Assembly: GCA_030704615.1 (NCBI GenBank)
Contig: CM060731.1
Span: 49,104,001 to 49,168,000, forward strand
Reading direction: 5' to 3'
DNA from: Takakia lepidozioides
Taxonomy: Eukaryota; Plantae; Bryophyta
Length of the DNA: 64,000 bases
In this document: in pieces, positions 39,235 to 51,954 of the stretch
Layout: the number at the start of each line of letters is the position of its first letter
Position numbering within the stretch: position 1 is the first letter of the stretch
Made by a program: the position numbers and the translations under genes
Notes under the pieces: model-generated
Databases searched by the model: none
The model's input: only the letters and a program-made list of their open reading frames with translations
What the model was told of the DNA's origin: nothing

Positions 39235-42200
39235 ATGGCGGACAATGAAGAAATTGTGGACAACGCACACACTACTCATCAAGCCAATTATCAGACGGTG
39301 TGGATAATAGAGCGCTTACACGAATTGCAGAATACTCTCGTCACAATTCAACAACAAAACAACGTGTTGATGGAGGAGCTTAAACAAGTGAGACAATCAA
39401 TTGCCCTGGGACTAGTTGTTGATGGGTCGGATACGTTGCTGCAAAAGATGACCAAGACATGCAAGGTCGAGCCGTATAAAGAAAGTCGCGCAATGAGAGT
39501 GCTAGAAGGATGGATTTATCGAATGGAGGTACATCTGTCATATTTTCCTACATCAAATGATTTGAACCACGGAATGTTTATACGATCTTTTCTACTCGAC
39601 AATGCTTCAACATGGTTACAGACATGGGAGAGAAGATAGATTGCAAAATGAGAACTTTTACTATGGAGCACCTTGAAAGTGGGACTGCTCCAATAATTCA
39701 AGGCAGTAGATGTTGTTACAACTGCTCGAATGAAATTATGGAATTTGGAACAACGCGGGAGTGTGCAAAATTACATTGAAGATTTTTTGAATCTTCAGGT
39801 TCAAATCGAAGACATGAGTCCTGCAGAAGTTTTAGACAACTTCAAAAGAGGATTGAAGAAGAAAATTCAATGAGAGGTAATTTTACGCAACCCGGTTGAT
39901 GTCCACGATGCAATTTCATTGGCCCAAAAGATTGAAGGGACGCTACCAAAATACGACGAAGGTATAAACGTTCCATTGAACCAATACGGACCAACGCCTA
40001 TGGAGCTTGGAAATCTTCGAAGACGGGATAACTTCCAATACTCTCAAAGAAATAGGCCGGGAATCAGATATGGAGAAGATAACACACAGCGGTGAATGAA
40101 ATTGAATGACAAGGATGTGACCTCCTCAACATTCTCACGAACAGAAGGACAAAGGGAAAGTCGACAATGTTACAACTGTGGAAAATACGGACATCTTGCA
40201 GCCAACTGCCGAAGTGGAAGGTACAATCGACAAACTTATCAAAAACCTCTTAACAGTTTAAGGAGAGGAGAAGATAACGAACATCACAATGAGCAGGAAA
40301 ACGAGGACAATCAGTAAGTAGACCTCGCGGTCTTACTGGTTCTACAAAGAAGAGGAGAGGAGAGGCGAGGGGCCCTACAAGGAGAAGAGACAAATCAATC
40401 ATGCGGGCAAGAAAGAGACGCAGTTAATTGTGGCAGATGGAACCTTGTAAGGTATTCATGTGAAAGTGTTAATAGACCCTGGGGCAACAGAAAACTTCTT
40501 ATCTAGAAAGACTGCCTTGAAACTAGGACTCCCCTTAGAAAAAGATGAAAGAGAGGAAGTAGAAATGTCAAATGGACATACATAAGCCATTGAGACACTA
40601 CCTAAAAACATAAAGTTGTCGATTGGTAAATATAGAGAAACCTTAGAATGATGAGTGGTCAGACTGGCTCGATATGACGTAATATTAGGCATGTCTTGGA
40701 TGGAATCTCACAACCCTGAGGTTGATTGGCGTAGAAAGATAGTCAAAACCCAGAATTGAAAAATATTGGGAGATCGAGTGAGGACACCATATCGAAACCT
40801 ACCATCATTTGTTATAGGTACTACAGCTATATGTAAGAAAGACTTATTATTTGTAGATTTAATAAGAGACGTGGAAAATCCGAAAAAAGACATGAGTGAG
40901 GTCCCTATAGAATTACAGAGTATATTGAAAGAGTTCAAAGATGTCTTTCTAGATGACCTACCAGCACGACTTCTGCCAAAGATAAGAGTAGATCATAAGA
41001 TTGAGGTTGTTCCAAGTAGTGCTCCTTCTTGTAAAGTCCTTTATTGATTAGCACCAAACGAGTTGGAAGAATGTAAGGCTCAAATCGAGGACCTACTATC
41101 AAAAGGCTTTATAAGACCAAGTGTATCCCCGTATAGAGCGCCGGTGTTGTTTGTGAAGAAAAAAGATAGAGCAATGCGCATGTGCATTGATTATCGAGCA
41201 CTCAACCAGCAGACAGTGAAAAACAAGTACCCGTTACCACGCATGGACGATTTATTTGACCAACTGCGAGGAGCAAAATACTTTACGAAGCTTAATCTGA
41301 GGAGTGGATACAACCAAATTCGAGTCGCTGATGAAGATGTATATAAGACGGCTTTTCGCACTAGGTATGGACATTTTGAATACATGGTTATGCCATTTGG
41401 TCTCACCGATGCCCCAGCCACATTCATGGGCCTCATGAATGATATCTTTCGTCCATTAGATTTGTGATAGTCTTTTTAGATGATATTCTGATCTATAGTA
41501 ACAGCCTTGTCGAGCATACAAACCACCTCAAACAAGTATTACAAGTTCTCCGTGAGAATCAGCTATATGCCAAAGCATCTAAATGTGAGTTTGGAAAACA
41601 AGAAGTAGATTATCTTGGGCATCGCGTGAGTAGGAAGGGAATTGAGGTAATGAGTGAGAAAATAGAAGCTATTCAGCAGTGGATAGCCCCTGAAGACATT
41701 ACCCAATTAAGGAGTTTTCTTGGCCTTACCGGATTCTACAGACGATTTGTACGGAAATTCTCAAAGATTGCCCAACCATTGATAAATCTTTTGGGCAAAG
41801 AAATTAAATAGAAGTGGGGTACAGAAGAGGAGTTAGCATTTCAGGCCTTGAAGGATGCGTTGCTTCATGCCCCGATCTTGAAATGGTATGATCCGACAAG
41901 ACTAATCAAGCTCTCGGTAAATGCGTCAGGCTCAGCAATGGGTGGGATATTACAACAAGAATGGGAAGACGGATGGCACCCAGTGGCATATTTTTCTCGT
42001 AAATTGTTACCCGCGGAAGAAAATTATCATACAACCGAACGAGAAGAATTGGCTATTGTTTTCACTACAAAACATTGGAAGCACTATCTTGGAGACAAAG
42101 AGTTCATAGTGGAGACAGACCATAAACCGTTGGTGTACTTGGAGACACAAAAAGATCTATCGAAGAGACAGATTCGTTGGGCGGAGTGACGACAACAATT

Positions 42201-43755
42201 TAATATGAAGATCGTCTATGTGGAGGGAAAACGACAATTGGCAGATGCAATGACAAGGATGCCACGCATAAACACATTGACAGAAATCAACATTCAACCC
42301 GATTGGTGGAACAAGATAGCGACGATTTCTAAAGATGATGGGGAGATCGTGGACGCTAAAAAGAAGGGCAAAGTGACAGAAGTTCGAGGGTTGGTATTCA
42401 AGGAAGGTAAACTTTGGATCCCTGATGAACCTGCATTGAAGACAGAAGTCTTGTTTGAAGCTCATGATACGGCGATAGCATGACATGTTGGAGTTGAAAA
42501 AACATTCGAACAACTAAAACGAACATTTTAATGGCCGCGGATGCGAGACGAGGTGGAAACGTACGTTCGAAGTTGCATGAGATGTCAACAAAACAAGTCA
42601 ACAAACCGCAAGCCAGTAGGTCTTTTACAACCACTACCAGTACCAAACAGACGTTGGGAACATATGAGCATGGATTTGGTTTGTGAGTTACCTCAAACCT
42701 CATCGGGATACGACATTATAGTGGTCTTTGTAGACAAATTGAGTAAGATGATATATATCCGTCACACTAGAAAATCCGTCACTGCACCTGAACTAGCTCG
42801 ACTATATCTGGAAGCGGTCTATTCTCATCATGGGTTATCTAAAGTTCTCATTACTGACAGGGGTACCCAATTTACTAGCTTGTTTTGGAAAAACTTATTT
42901 GGTCTTTTTAAAACCAAATTAGCTATGTCAACAGCCTATCATCCGGAGTCAGATGGACATACAGAGCAAGTAAATCGTACAATTGAAGACATGTTGCGGG
43001 CCTTTACGTTAGAAGAACAAGAAAAGTGAGATTGGTTATTACCATTGGTAGAATTTTCATACAATAACTCGGTCAACGCGTCAACGAAAGAAACTCATTT
43101 CTTTTTTATGTATGGTGAACACCCAAATGTGCCAACAACTCTTACGAAGTTCAATTTATCAAAAGATGAGTTATCCAAGGTAGCCGCGACTAACGCATTT
43201 GTACAACAAATTCGACGGGGAGTACGTCAAGCTAAAGAGAAGCTGATGATTGCCCAAAATCGCCAAAAGCAGTATGCAAATGCACGTCGACGGGATGAGG
43301 AGTTTGCAGTTGGGGATCAAGTGTGGTTGTCTACAACTAATTTACACATCATTGGATCGCGAAAACTAGGGGCACGGTTCATTGGTTTTTTTTCGATCAT
43401 TAAACGCATTGGAGCAGTAGCATACAAGCTGGAGTTACCACCACATATGAAGATCCACCCGGTGTTTCACGTTTCTCTACTACGTTGTTACGAACCTCGA
43501 CCGTCAATATTCAAAGATAATCAAGAACCACAACCTTTACCAGAGTTGATAGACGGAAATGAAGATTGGGAGGTCGACCGTGTTCTGAAAAAACGCACAT
43601 ACAAACGAGGGCGACATGAGGTGTTGGAGTATTTGGTTTTATGGAAAGGATTTCCATTATATGAAGCTACCTGGGAACCGGTGCAAAATCTTGCAAATGC
43701 TCAATTGATAATTCAAGCTTTTGAAAATTCGAACAACGAGGACGTTGTTTTTTAA
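39235..43755 (+). pseudogene. Gypsy gag-pol (gag, CCHC, PR, RT, RNase H, integrase, chromodomain) with many premature stops
   Basis: CYNCGKYGHLAANC; LIDPGATENF; [10 protein letters not shown]...[12 protein letters not shown]; [11 protein letters not shown]; YFSRKL; CMRCQQNK; TDRGTQFTS; HPVFHVSLL; EDWEVDRVL...EYLVLWKGFPLYEATWEP. Confidence 0.93.
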
Positions 43756-43768
43756 GAGATGGGATGAT

Positions 43769-44205
43769 TGTAACAAGGTAGAATCTAGAAGGTTCTAGAT
43801 AGAGGAGGAAAGTTCCCTAGAAGTTTCCAGAATAACTAGGAAAGATCCTAAGAAGTTTGACTTAAGGAAGTTTGACTTGAGGCTCTCAAGTCAAACTTCT
43901 AAGATATTTATATTATGGAGAGTAGGTCAAATCTTTGATAAAGTCATATTGTAGAGAATATGTCAAACCTATGAAGGTTCACTTTAGCAAGTATTTTTGA
44001 TAAAGTCGTATTGTGGAGAATATGTCAAACCTAGGAAGGTTGACTTTAGGAAGCTTTGACTTGAGGCTCTCAAGTCAAACCTTTAAAATAATCATATTGT
44101 GAAGGGTATATAAACCTGCAATGAAAGCCTAGAAGACATCGAGTTGTTTTGGGAAAAAGTTGATAAGTACTTTTATTCTAGTTTGTGTAGATCATGGGTG
44201 TTACA
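43769..44205 (+). repeat. Gypsy 3' LTR (437 bp)
   Basis: Direct repeat of 35523-35944. Confidence 0.95.
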
Positions 44206-45728
44206 CACACCTCTGATCCTTTCCACCGCTTGCTTCTCTTCTGAGATATCGCTGTAAGTTGAAAACCAACTTCGATTCTGACACATGTGCTGTGAGCAGC
44301 AATTGTCCATGTACCAATGCTGTGAGCAGCTTTGTACATTCCCTGCCCCAATGTCGAGTGGCTCGACAGTTCCAACATTCTGTTGTTTTCTTTTGCTCTG
44401 CTATTTCTTTTTCTGCGTTGTTCACGTTGCTCCAGCGTGAGCGGTGGTTTTCCTGACTGTGAACCACTTTTTCCTTTGAACGATGCTGCATATGCGGTTA
44501 CACTTGCACTTTTGCCATTAGCTCTGCTTTCTTGGTCCCGCATTCTTGATTCTTCTCTGATCAGCCTCCCAGTCATGATACTTATCGTTCGCTCAATTGC
44601 AGGGACATTTTCCCATGATGATTGAAACGATCCATATGCTGCTGGCAGCTGACTTAAAATCTTGGCCATGACTGTGTTGTCAGTGAATATATTATCTCCA
44701 AGATTTGTGAGCTCACATCGCGCCTCCTCGATCTTACCCAAGAAATCTGCAATACTATCATCTTCATCCATGGTAATATCAAAGAAACGCTGTTGAACAT
44801 GGTGAATGCTTTCATGCGAATGCTGATCGTGTACCTCACTCAATTTATCCCAGATCGCCTTGGAGATCTTGCATCCCATGATATATTTGGATACCTTCTC
44901 CTCCACGGCTTGGCACAAAAGAATAACTGTCTGATTATCTTTCTTGATCCATACATCTAAACCCTCGGCATCATTGGAAGGTCTCATTGTGGTGCTATCT
45001 ACTACGTCCATCAGCTCTTTTCCAAGAAAGAGAGCTCGCATCTGAAACTGCCACATATGGAAATTTTGTCCTGAGAACCTCCTAATATTGCCCAGATCTT
45101 GAAGATCAGCCATGCTTGCTACGTTTGACGACAAATGAAACAAAGAAAAGGAACAACTGACGACGTACACTTTGAACTTAAAACCCAAAAGACATAACCC
45201 AAGTGCTACCACTGTTGCAAAGTTACTCACAAGAGCTCTATACTGGGGACAAGAAACCCTGTCTTGTGTACTGCAAGTGCGACGACATGACTTCACTGTA
45301 TTTAAGCTCAACAGCTTAATTGACACAGATACTCTAGACACAATATCTAACGTAACATAAATGAGAGAGAAACTAAAACAATGCAATACCGCTTTTAGAC
45401 CAGTGCACTTATCCCGGAAGAGATTCGTGGGCCCATAACCTGTTGAAGTAGTGCAGTGAATTGACTCCAAGAATTATGCACAACGATATAACAAAGAGAT
45501 TGTATTAACACTGATTGTGAAAGTATACACATAGCTTCACAATCCAAGTGTACACTGCTATCGCTCACTTTCTCTCACACCCACTGCATCACCTAAGCAC
45601 AGTAATCAAAACTCTCAGCACGAGCTAAGCTCATCGTTATCTTTGTTATGCCAAGAAGCTACCCTACTACAGGTCGGCACACTACCAACCTTATACCGTA
45701 TATGCGCTATAGGTATATTTCTACAACA
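44206..45728 (-). mobile_element. 5' part of Copia: 5' LTR (45441-45728), half-tRNA PBS, gag, zinc knuckle, protease
   Basis: The LTR is the reverse complement of 36763-37055 (~10 substitutions, one 5-bp indel). PBS GGTTATGGGCCC. gag from ATG 45113 MADLQDLGNIRRFSGQNFHMWQFQMRALF; CWNCRATRHWGREC; protease WYMDNCCSQHM. Outer flank on the element strand is AGAAC. Confidence 0.92.
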
Positions 45729-48489
45729 GTTCTCATTTCTGCAACTCTTGCGTTACCCACTTTTCAAACTTTCAATACTTTATTAATAAAGTTTGACACT
45801 CAACCATCCAACAATTAAAAGAAATCTCTATTCATATATGAATATGAACTATTGATTGCATATCCAGGCTATCATGATGCTCAATGTTTGATTTATGTAT
45901 GATGATGATTTTCACTCTAGAAATCTTACTCGAACTGTAACATTTCTGGGAACTCGAACCTGTGATAGGTTTGGCGGGGCGTTGAAGCGTTCATCTCGGT
46001 TCAACAACTGTCTGGCGAGAAGAATTGGGTTGTCATGTGATGAAGCAGGAGGTGGCAGGCTCTATGTGATCATGGCCACATGTGAATAGGATGTGATATA
46101 GAAAAGATTAGGGATTCTCTCCTTCTCTTTTCACCTCTCTCCCTAGTGTGAAAAGTTGTAGATACGAACTTTGAACAGGGATAGAGAAAAGGCATCGAGA
46201 AAGTGCCGCAAGATTGAAGAACGGAACTGGAACGGGGGAGAATCGTGCATGGTGTGGAGGCTGGGAGCACTGGATATATTCCAGTACCATGTGTCATCGT
46301 TGTGAATTCATACTGAACCTGTCAAGGGAGTTTTACATTGCTGGAGCTCGAGAGGATGCTTGGCGTGAGGTGCTATAGTGTAACTGTGCATGGCTAGAAT
46401 GAAGAAAGGTATTGTGAGCACTAAGTGTGTGACAGGAACGTGGCAAGAGCCACTGTGGGTTCTACTTGGCACCGTGTGATAATCTGCCCAAAGTCCATGA
46501 GCTTTTGCATTGTTGTTTGGGCCAAGGGTTAACATGTGCAGAGAAGAGAAAGAAACCGATCGTCAAAGCCTTACAGGTCAAAAATAGAATACTCCAACGA
46601 AGAAGAAGAAGAAAAAGAAATTCAAATAGACCTGAACTGTGAAGGGCAATTTGAGCATGTAGGAACAGAACAGAGGAACTTAAGACGAACGATCATATGT
46701 ATAGCTTACATTTCCAACTATTGGGCCTAGAGAGGTTATCGAGAGGTTATCTACCTGCGTCTAGAACCAGGTGTGGAGTATAATTGTAGTATGGGGTCTT
46801 GTCGAAGTTAAAATGTATGTACAAGTAACTATATAGTTTGGTCAAGACCTTCCCACCTCTTGACTGGTTTCAATCTGCAAAAACCACTGATTTGGTGGCG
46901 AATCAAAATTCTCATAGCGTCTGGGAGATTGCAGCTCAGTGCCAAGCACTGCCTGAGCTTACTTTACATGAGATCTTCTTTCCAACTCTCACACCCACGA
47001 CAGATTTTCTACATAGTCAACTTTCCAGGCCGACATGGTACCCTGCTCTACAACGGCAACATGAGCCTTCTCGTATCCAATAAGGCCACCGGCGCCACAA
47101 TGTGATCACCCACTGAGGATCTAGCTTAGCATGTAGTTTGTTTAATGTATGAATCGCTACTATTTCGCTTCCTTGGCAATGATCTCTCTCAACATCCAGT
47201 CAAACAGTGCTCCTGAAGATTAGTTTGATACCCTATTATGTTCCGAGGAACAAGTATCACAATCCACGGAGGCAGCTTGAGATCGCTCCATGCTGATTGA
47301 GCTACTTCGTAGACTCTCGAAGTTCAAATTTGAAGTTACGACTACGACTACATACCGCTTGAAAGGTAGATCTTATCTTTTGACTTAGTTGAAATGTATT
47401 TCCAACTAACTAACGTGCAGTGTTCGATGATCAGCGTTTGAAGCAAGCCGTCTTAAGAAAATACTGTTTATTCCGTGCGTGGATTACAGCAGCTTCCTCA
47501 TTGGACTATGCAGCATCCATCGGTTCGTAGTTACCTTGTCTTTTAGGAAAACAGCGCTATGATAGTTCACAGAGTTATAATGAATACCAACACAAGAGTC
47601 AAGGTAAAGAGTACTTTATTGTGAAGCACACAGTATATACCACGGCCCTCTCACGATTCTACACTATGTGCTATGTCTGTGCACGTATTCCAGCCGTGTG
47701 GGCTTCATCAGCAGTTCAAACGCGGGTTGGCCAGCGGTCCACCCTGGATGGACTAGATTGGTATACCTAGTCATGTAGTCGAGTTGGTAACCCTTATTCT
47801 GGACTACTCCAGTAGTGAAGTGATTAGTGACTAAAGGCGAGCAGTAACTCCACACTGTCTTGCTGCTGCTATTCTTGTAATATAGCATATGACGATCAGG
47901 ACGTGGAGCTAGAGCCATGCGTGTCAGAATAGCATAGCTGGGAGAAAGAACATAGACTAGTTACATAGCGTTACAATTCTGGATCTAGAGCTTAAAGGTG
48001 GAGTTACATTTCGGAGCGCTTATCATTTTGAAGCACTTACTCTACATGGCTCTAGTATCTACGACTCCTCGGAACAAGAGGTATCTAGAGATAATTGATA
48101 ATTCATACTGATCAAACATTGAGTCTTCAACTCAAACAGTCTCTGCACTGATTCCGGATTAGTTCAGGGTTCCCACGATAATTCGACTGCTGAATCGATT
48201 CAACAATCCTGTGGATGCAGCTCAGACCCTCTAACCACATTTTAAGACATTTTAGGACTGTATATATATATGCAGCCTAGGCCTCCTTTACTACGCTGAC
48301 ATCCTGTTTCTTTTAGTCACTCCCTTTTCAAGAGCTAATCTACCTCCGGCCCCAACGTGCCTAGAACACTTTGTCAGCCCAATTAAGTTGCAATAAAAAT
48401 AAATTCATTTGAACTTCACCAGTTGCATGTTTCCAACTGTTATCTGCCAAAGCAACCTGCCTTTTGGCAGGGCTCTTCCTGAAGGCTGG

Positions 48490-48720
48490 CCTGGTCAGTG
48501 GGGGCCTGGAAAGATTCTTTCTTGAAAGCGTAGGGGAGTGAGCAACTGCTCTCACCAGCACGTGCAGCTGTAGGTGTCCATTCTGAACAAACAGGAAATC
48601 AAACCATGAATTCTTCGCAAAACAACCGGTCACAGAAACCAAAGCGTATCATCTGAAGACCTGCAAACAGACCATCTCTGCCCCTACCACGAACACTGTA
48701 TACTCAGTAATCCCACTTTT
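48490..48720 (-). pseudogene. Inverted degenerate MED15 intron 1 / KIX exon 2 fragment
   Basis: Reverse complement gaattcatggtttgatttcctgtttgttcagaatggacacctacagctgcac...aatctttccaggcccccactgaccagg aligns to ~20770-20912 with indels. Confidence 0.75.
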
Positions 48721-49483
48721 TTTGTTCGGCCAGTGAATTATGACATGTGATGCCGTGACGCACTTTCCACCTGAAACCACACAGTTGCAAATTCCCTCTT
48801 CTGATCATAATTCAATATCTTTGGCCAGTTTTTGTGAATTACTTAGCACAGGAACCACACACAATTCCACCCACAACTACTTCACTCGCACCCACTGGGT
48901 TTAGGGTTTCTTGTTTCTTCTGCTTCATCCTTCCGACATATGTAGCCTACATGTGTTAGACTGTTCTCTCGCCTTCCCTTGTTCCGCGTCTCTCGTCTTG
49001 CACCCAAGTTAACATCTTCAAATAATAGTACGTTTAAAACTTACTCTCTTGATATGAATTGTCCACATGGTTTGCTGAAATTCCATTTTAGTCAAAGAGG
49101 TTGGCTTTGCGATTTCAAATAGTCAAAGAGGTGGTGCTCACATTTGGCAGCACGTTTTCCAGATCACCTCACTGGCAACAAGTACTGTGGCTCCAGATGT
49201 TGTGGAGAGAAGCCGGTCAGTAGAGTCTGCTCCTATTCGAGGCTGCTGCTACTCAGCTGGTCAACACTTCACAAGTTCGTGAGATCCAAGATGGGCCCGT
49301 GCATTATATATATAATGTATACTCTATTGTATACCACTTCTTCATTTTTGCGTGACCTGGTCAAGTAAGGCCGCGTCCGATTTGAGCTATGGCCACGCAG
49401 TCGTGGGCTACCTATGTATTGGAGCCTGCCAGCCACCTTCGTATGCCCCCTGGGTCCCACATGACTACTCTGTGTGCATTGCT

Positions 49484-49491
49484 TATAAATA
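49484..49491 (+). promoter_or_regulatory. Putative TATA box of PAL
   Basis: TATAAATA ~290 bp upstream of the PAL ATG, followed by a pyrimidine-rich initiator-like region. Confidence 0.45.
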
Positions 49492-49773
49492 CAGCTCCTC
49501 CTCTCATTCCCATCACTCACCGATCGAACTCCGGATTGGGTGTCTCAAAGATATTGAATTCCACATACTCTACCAGCTACCAGCTTCTCCAGTTTGAGTG
49601 TTTACTTATGTACACAGGTTCAACACTACTAGAATCATTTGTACAGTGAATCTCACGGTCTGCAGCTCCATCCATTGAAGAGTTGAGCCCTTCTGTGTAA
49701 TCCGTAGATCACACCATCCCTCTGTTTCTCTCTCACTCGCCCGGACGTTTCTACCGAGCTATTAACTGCAACA

Positions 49774-51954
49774 ATGGTGATTGCCAACGGAACTCAGGTG
49801 AGCGTCAACGGCAATGGCATCAAAGCTGAGCACGAGGCTAATTTGGAGTCTTTTTGCAGAAAGGTCCAGCTTCCTGACCCTCTGAACTGGGGGCGAGCAG
49901 CCTCAGCCCTGCAAGGCAATCATCTGGACGAGGTTAAAAATATGGTGAAAACATTCTACGACGCGACCGAAGTAGCCATTGAAGGGGTGACCTTGACGGT
50001 CGCTCAAGTGGCAGCCGTGGCCCGCCGACCAGAGGTGAGAGTGGTGCTGGATGCTGCCAATGCCAAGAATCGAGTGGATGAAAGCTCCAATTGGGTTCTC
50101 CAAAAGATCATGAACGGTGGGGATATCTATGGCGTCACAACTGGTTTCGGAGCCACCTCTCACCGGCGTACACAGCAAGGAGTGGAGCTCCAGAGAGAGC
50201 TCATTAGATTTCTGAATGCGGGAGTTTTGGGCAAGGGCAACACCCTCCCAGCGTGCACCACGCGGGCAGCCATGCTTGTGCGCACCAACACGTTAATGCA
50301 GGGATTCTCTGGCATTCGTTGGGAGATCTTGGAAGCCATGGAAAAACTTTTGAATGCAAATGTCACACCCAAGTTGCCACTGCGAGGGACCGTCACTGCT
50401 TCTGGAGACCTTGTTCCCTTATCTTACATCGCGGGACTACTTACTGCCAGGCCCAACTCCAGAGCTGTCACTGAGGACGGACAGGAAGTGTCAGCCTTGG
50501 AAGCTCTGAGACTCGCTGGGGTCGAGAAACCCTTTGAATTGCAGCCCAAGGAAGGCCTGGCCATTGTCAATGGAACAGCGGTGGGGTCAGCCTTAGCGTC
50601 CACTGTCTGCTTTGACGCCAATGTGATGGTCTTATTGGCTGAGGTTCTTTCAGCCCTGTTCTGCGAGGTGATGCAAGGAAAGCCTGAGTTTGCTGACCCC
50701 TTAACGCACAAACTGAAGCACCACCCAGGCCAGATGGAAGCGGCTGCTATCATGGAGTGGGTGCTCGATGGAAGCTCATACATGAAGGCAGCAGCAAAAC
50801 TGCATGAAACCGATCCTTTGAAGAAACCCAAGCAGGATCGATATGCGCTACGTACTTCCCCACAATGGCTGGGGCCACAGGTCGAGGCGATTCGCAATGC
50901 CACACATGCCATTCAAAGAGAAATCAACTCTGTCAACGACAACCCAATCATTGATGCTGCCGGGGACAGGGCCCTTCATGGCGGGAATTTCCAGGGAACC
51001 CCCATTGGAGTCTCGATGGACAACATGCGGTTGGCCGTTGCTGCGATTGGGAAGCTCATGTTTGCACAGTTCTCTGAGCTGGTAAACGACTACTACAACA
51101 ATGGGCTTCCTTCAAATTTGAGTGGAGGACCTAACCCAAGTCTGGACTACGGAATGAAGGGCGGGGAGATCGCCATGGCTTCATACCTCTCGGAGTTGAA
51201 CTACTTAGCCAACCCAGTGACCACCCATGTGCAAAGCGCTGAGCAGCACAACCAGGATGTCAACTCACTAGGTTTAGTGTCTGCAAGAAAGACCGAGGAA
51301 TCTATTGAGATTCTGAAGCTTATGAGCTCCACTTTCTTGGTGGGCCTCTGCCAGGCCGTGGACCTTCGCCACATCGAGGAGACAATGCAGACGACAGTGA
51401 AGCAAATTGTTTCCCAGGTCGCCAAGAAGACGCTCTTCACAGGCAGTAACGGCGAACTTTTGCCATCACGGTTTTGCGAGAAGGACCTTCTCAGCCTGGT
51501 GGATCGCCAGCCTGTATTCAGCTACATCGATGATGCCAGCAGTGAAACTTACCCCCTGATGCAGAAACTAAGGGAAGTCTTGGTGAGTCATGCGCTCCAA
51601 AACCCCAAGAATGAAAAATCGGAGACTACATCAGTGTTCCACAGGATCGCAATATTTGAAGAGGAGTTGAAGACGCGCCTGAACATTGCTGTACCTTTGG
51701 TCCGGGAGTCGTACGATAACAAGGGGTATTCGGCAGTGCCAAACCGGATTGAAGACTGCAGGACATACCCTCTCTACAGATTTGTGAGGTCTGAATTAGG
51801 GACCCAGTTGCTGTCAGGCTTGAGGACTGTGTCTCCTGGTCAAGAGATTGAGAAGGTTTACAATGCCATCTCCGAAGGCAAACTTGTGGGTCCTCTTCTC
51901 AAATGCGTTGACGGTTGGACCGGGAGACCCGGCCCTTTTGCCCAGTGCTGTTAA
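49774..51954 (+). CDS. PAL: Phenylalanine ammonia-lyase, intronless, 726 aa
   Basis: [23 protein letters not shown] motif [64 protein letters not shown] has Phe at the substrate switch, indicating Phe specificity. Confidence 0.98.
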   Translation: MVIANGTQVSVNGNGIKAEHEANLESFCRKVQLPDPLNWGRAASALQGNHLDEVKNMVKTFYDATEVAIEGVTLTVAQVAAVARRPEVRVVLDAANAKNRVDESSNWVLQKIMNGGDIYGVTTGFGATSHRRTQQGVELQRELIRFLNAGVLGKGNTLPACTTRAAMLVRTNTLMQGFSGIRWEILEAMEKLLNANVTPKLPLRGTVTASGDLVPLSYIAGLLTARPNSRAVTEDGQEVSALEALRLAGVEKPFELQPKEGLAIVNGTAVGSALASTVCFDANVMVLLAEVLSALFCEVMQGKPEFADPLTHKLKHHPGQMEAAAIMEWVLDGSSYMKAAAKLHETDPLKKPKQDRYALRTSPQWLGPQVEAIRNATHAIQREINSVNDNPIIDAAGDRALHGGNFQGTPIGVSMDNMRLAVAAIGKLMFAQFSELVNDYYNNGLPSNLSGGPNPSLDYGMKGGEIAMASYLSELNYLANPVTTHVQSAEQHNQDVNSLGLVSARKTEESIEILKLMSSTFLVGLCQAVDLRHIEETMQTTVKQIVSQVAKKTLFTGSNGELLPSRFCEKDLLSLVDRQPVFSYIDDASSETYPLMQKLREVLVSHALQNPKNEKSETTSVFHRIAIFEEELKTRLNIAVPLVRESYDNKGYSAVPNRIEDCRTYPLYRFVRSELGTQLLSGLRTVSPGQEIEKVYNAISEGKLVGPLLKCVDGWTGRPGPFAQCC

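Larger units (their letters stand above)
35523..44205 (+). mobile_element. Full-length decayed Ty3/Gypsy chromovirus nested in a Copia protease; carries a ~3 kb foreign insert in its 5' UTR
   Basis: TG..CA LTRs, PBS TGGTATCAGAGC (35946-35957, tRNA-iMet), PPT aagagatgggatga before the 3' LTR, TSD CACAT/CACAC (1 mismatch). The Copia protease frame ...ERIRGV|VLYAQRICDI continues across the insertion on the minus strand. Confidence 0.92.

Noticed and set aside
44178-45470. 430-aa ORF as an intact gene
   Set aside because: It starts at a non-ATG codon in the LTR. The real gag starts at 45113, frameshifts before the zinc knuckle, and runs into the Gypsy LTR.
47576-47975. Possible solo LTR (minus strand TGTAACG...CATTATA with AATAAA)
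   Set aside because: One end is degenerate, the flanks (AGAGT / ATTCT) are not a TSD, and there is no second copy in the window.
49903-51440. Antisense and alternative-frame ORFs over PAL
   Set aside because: Shadow ORFs of the PAL coding sequence with no recognisable motifs.
20314-51954. MED15-PAL functional gene cluster
   Set aside because: Mediator tail subunits influence phenylpropanoid genes in Arabidopsis, but adjacency across 17 kb of TEs is not evidence without synteny or co-expression.
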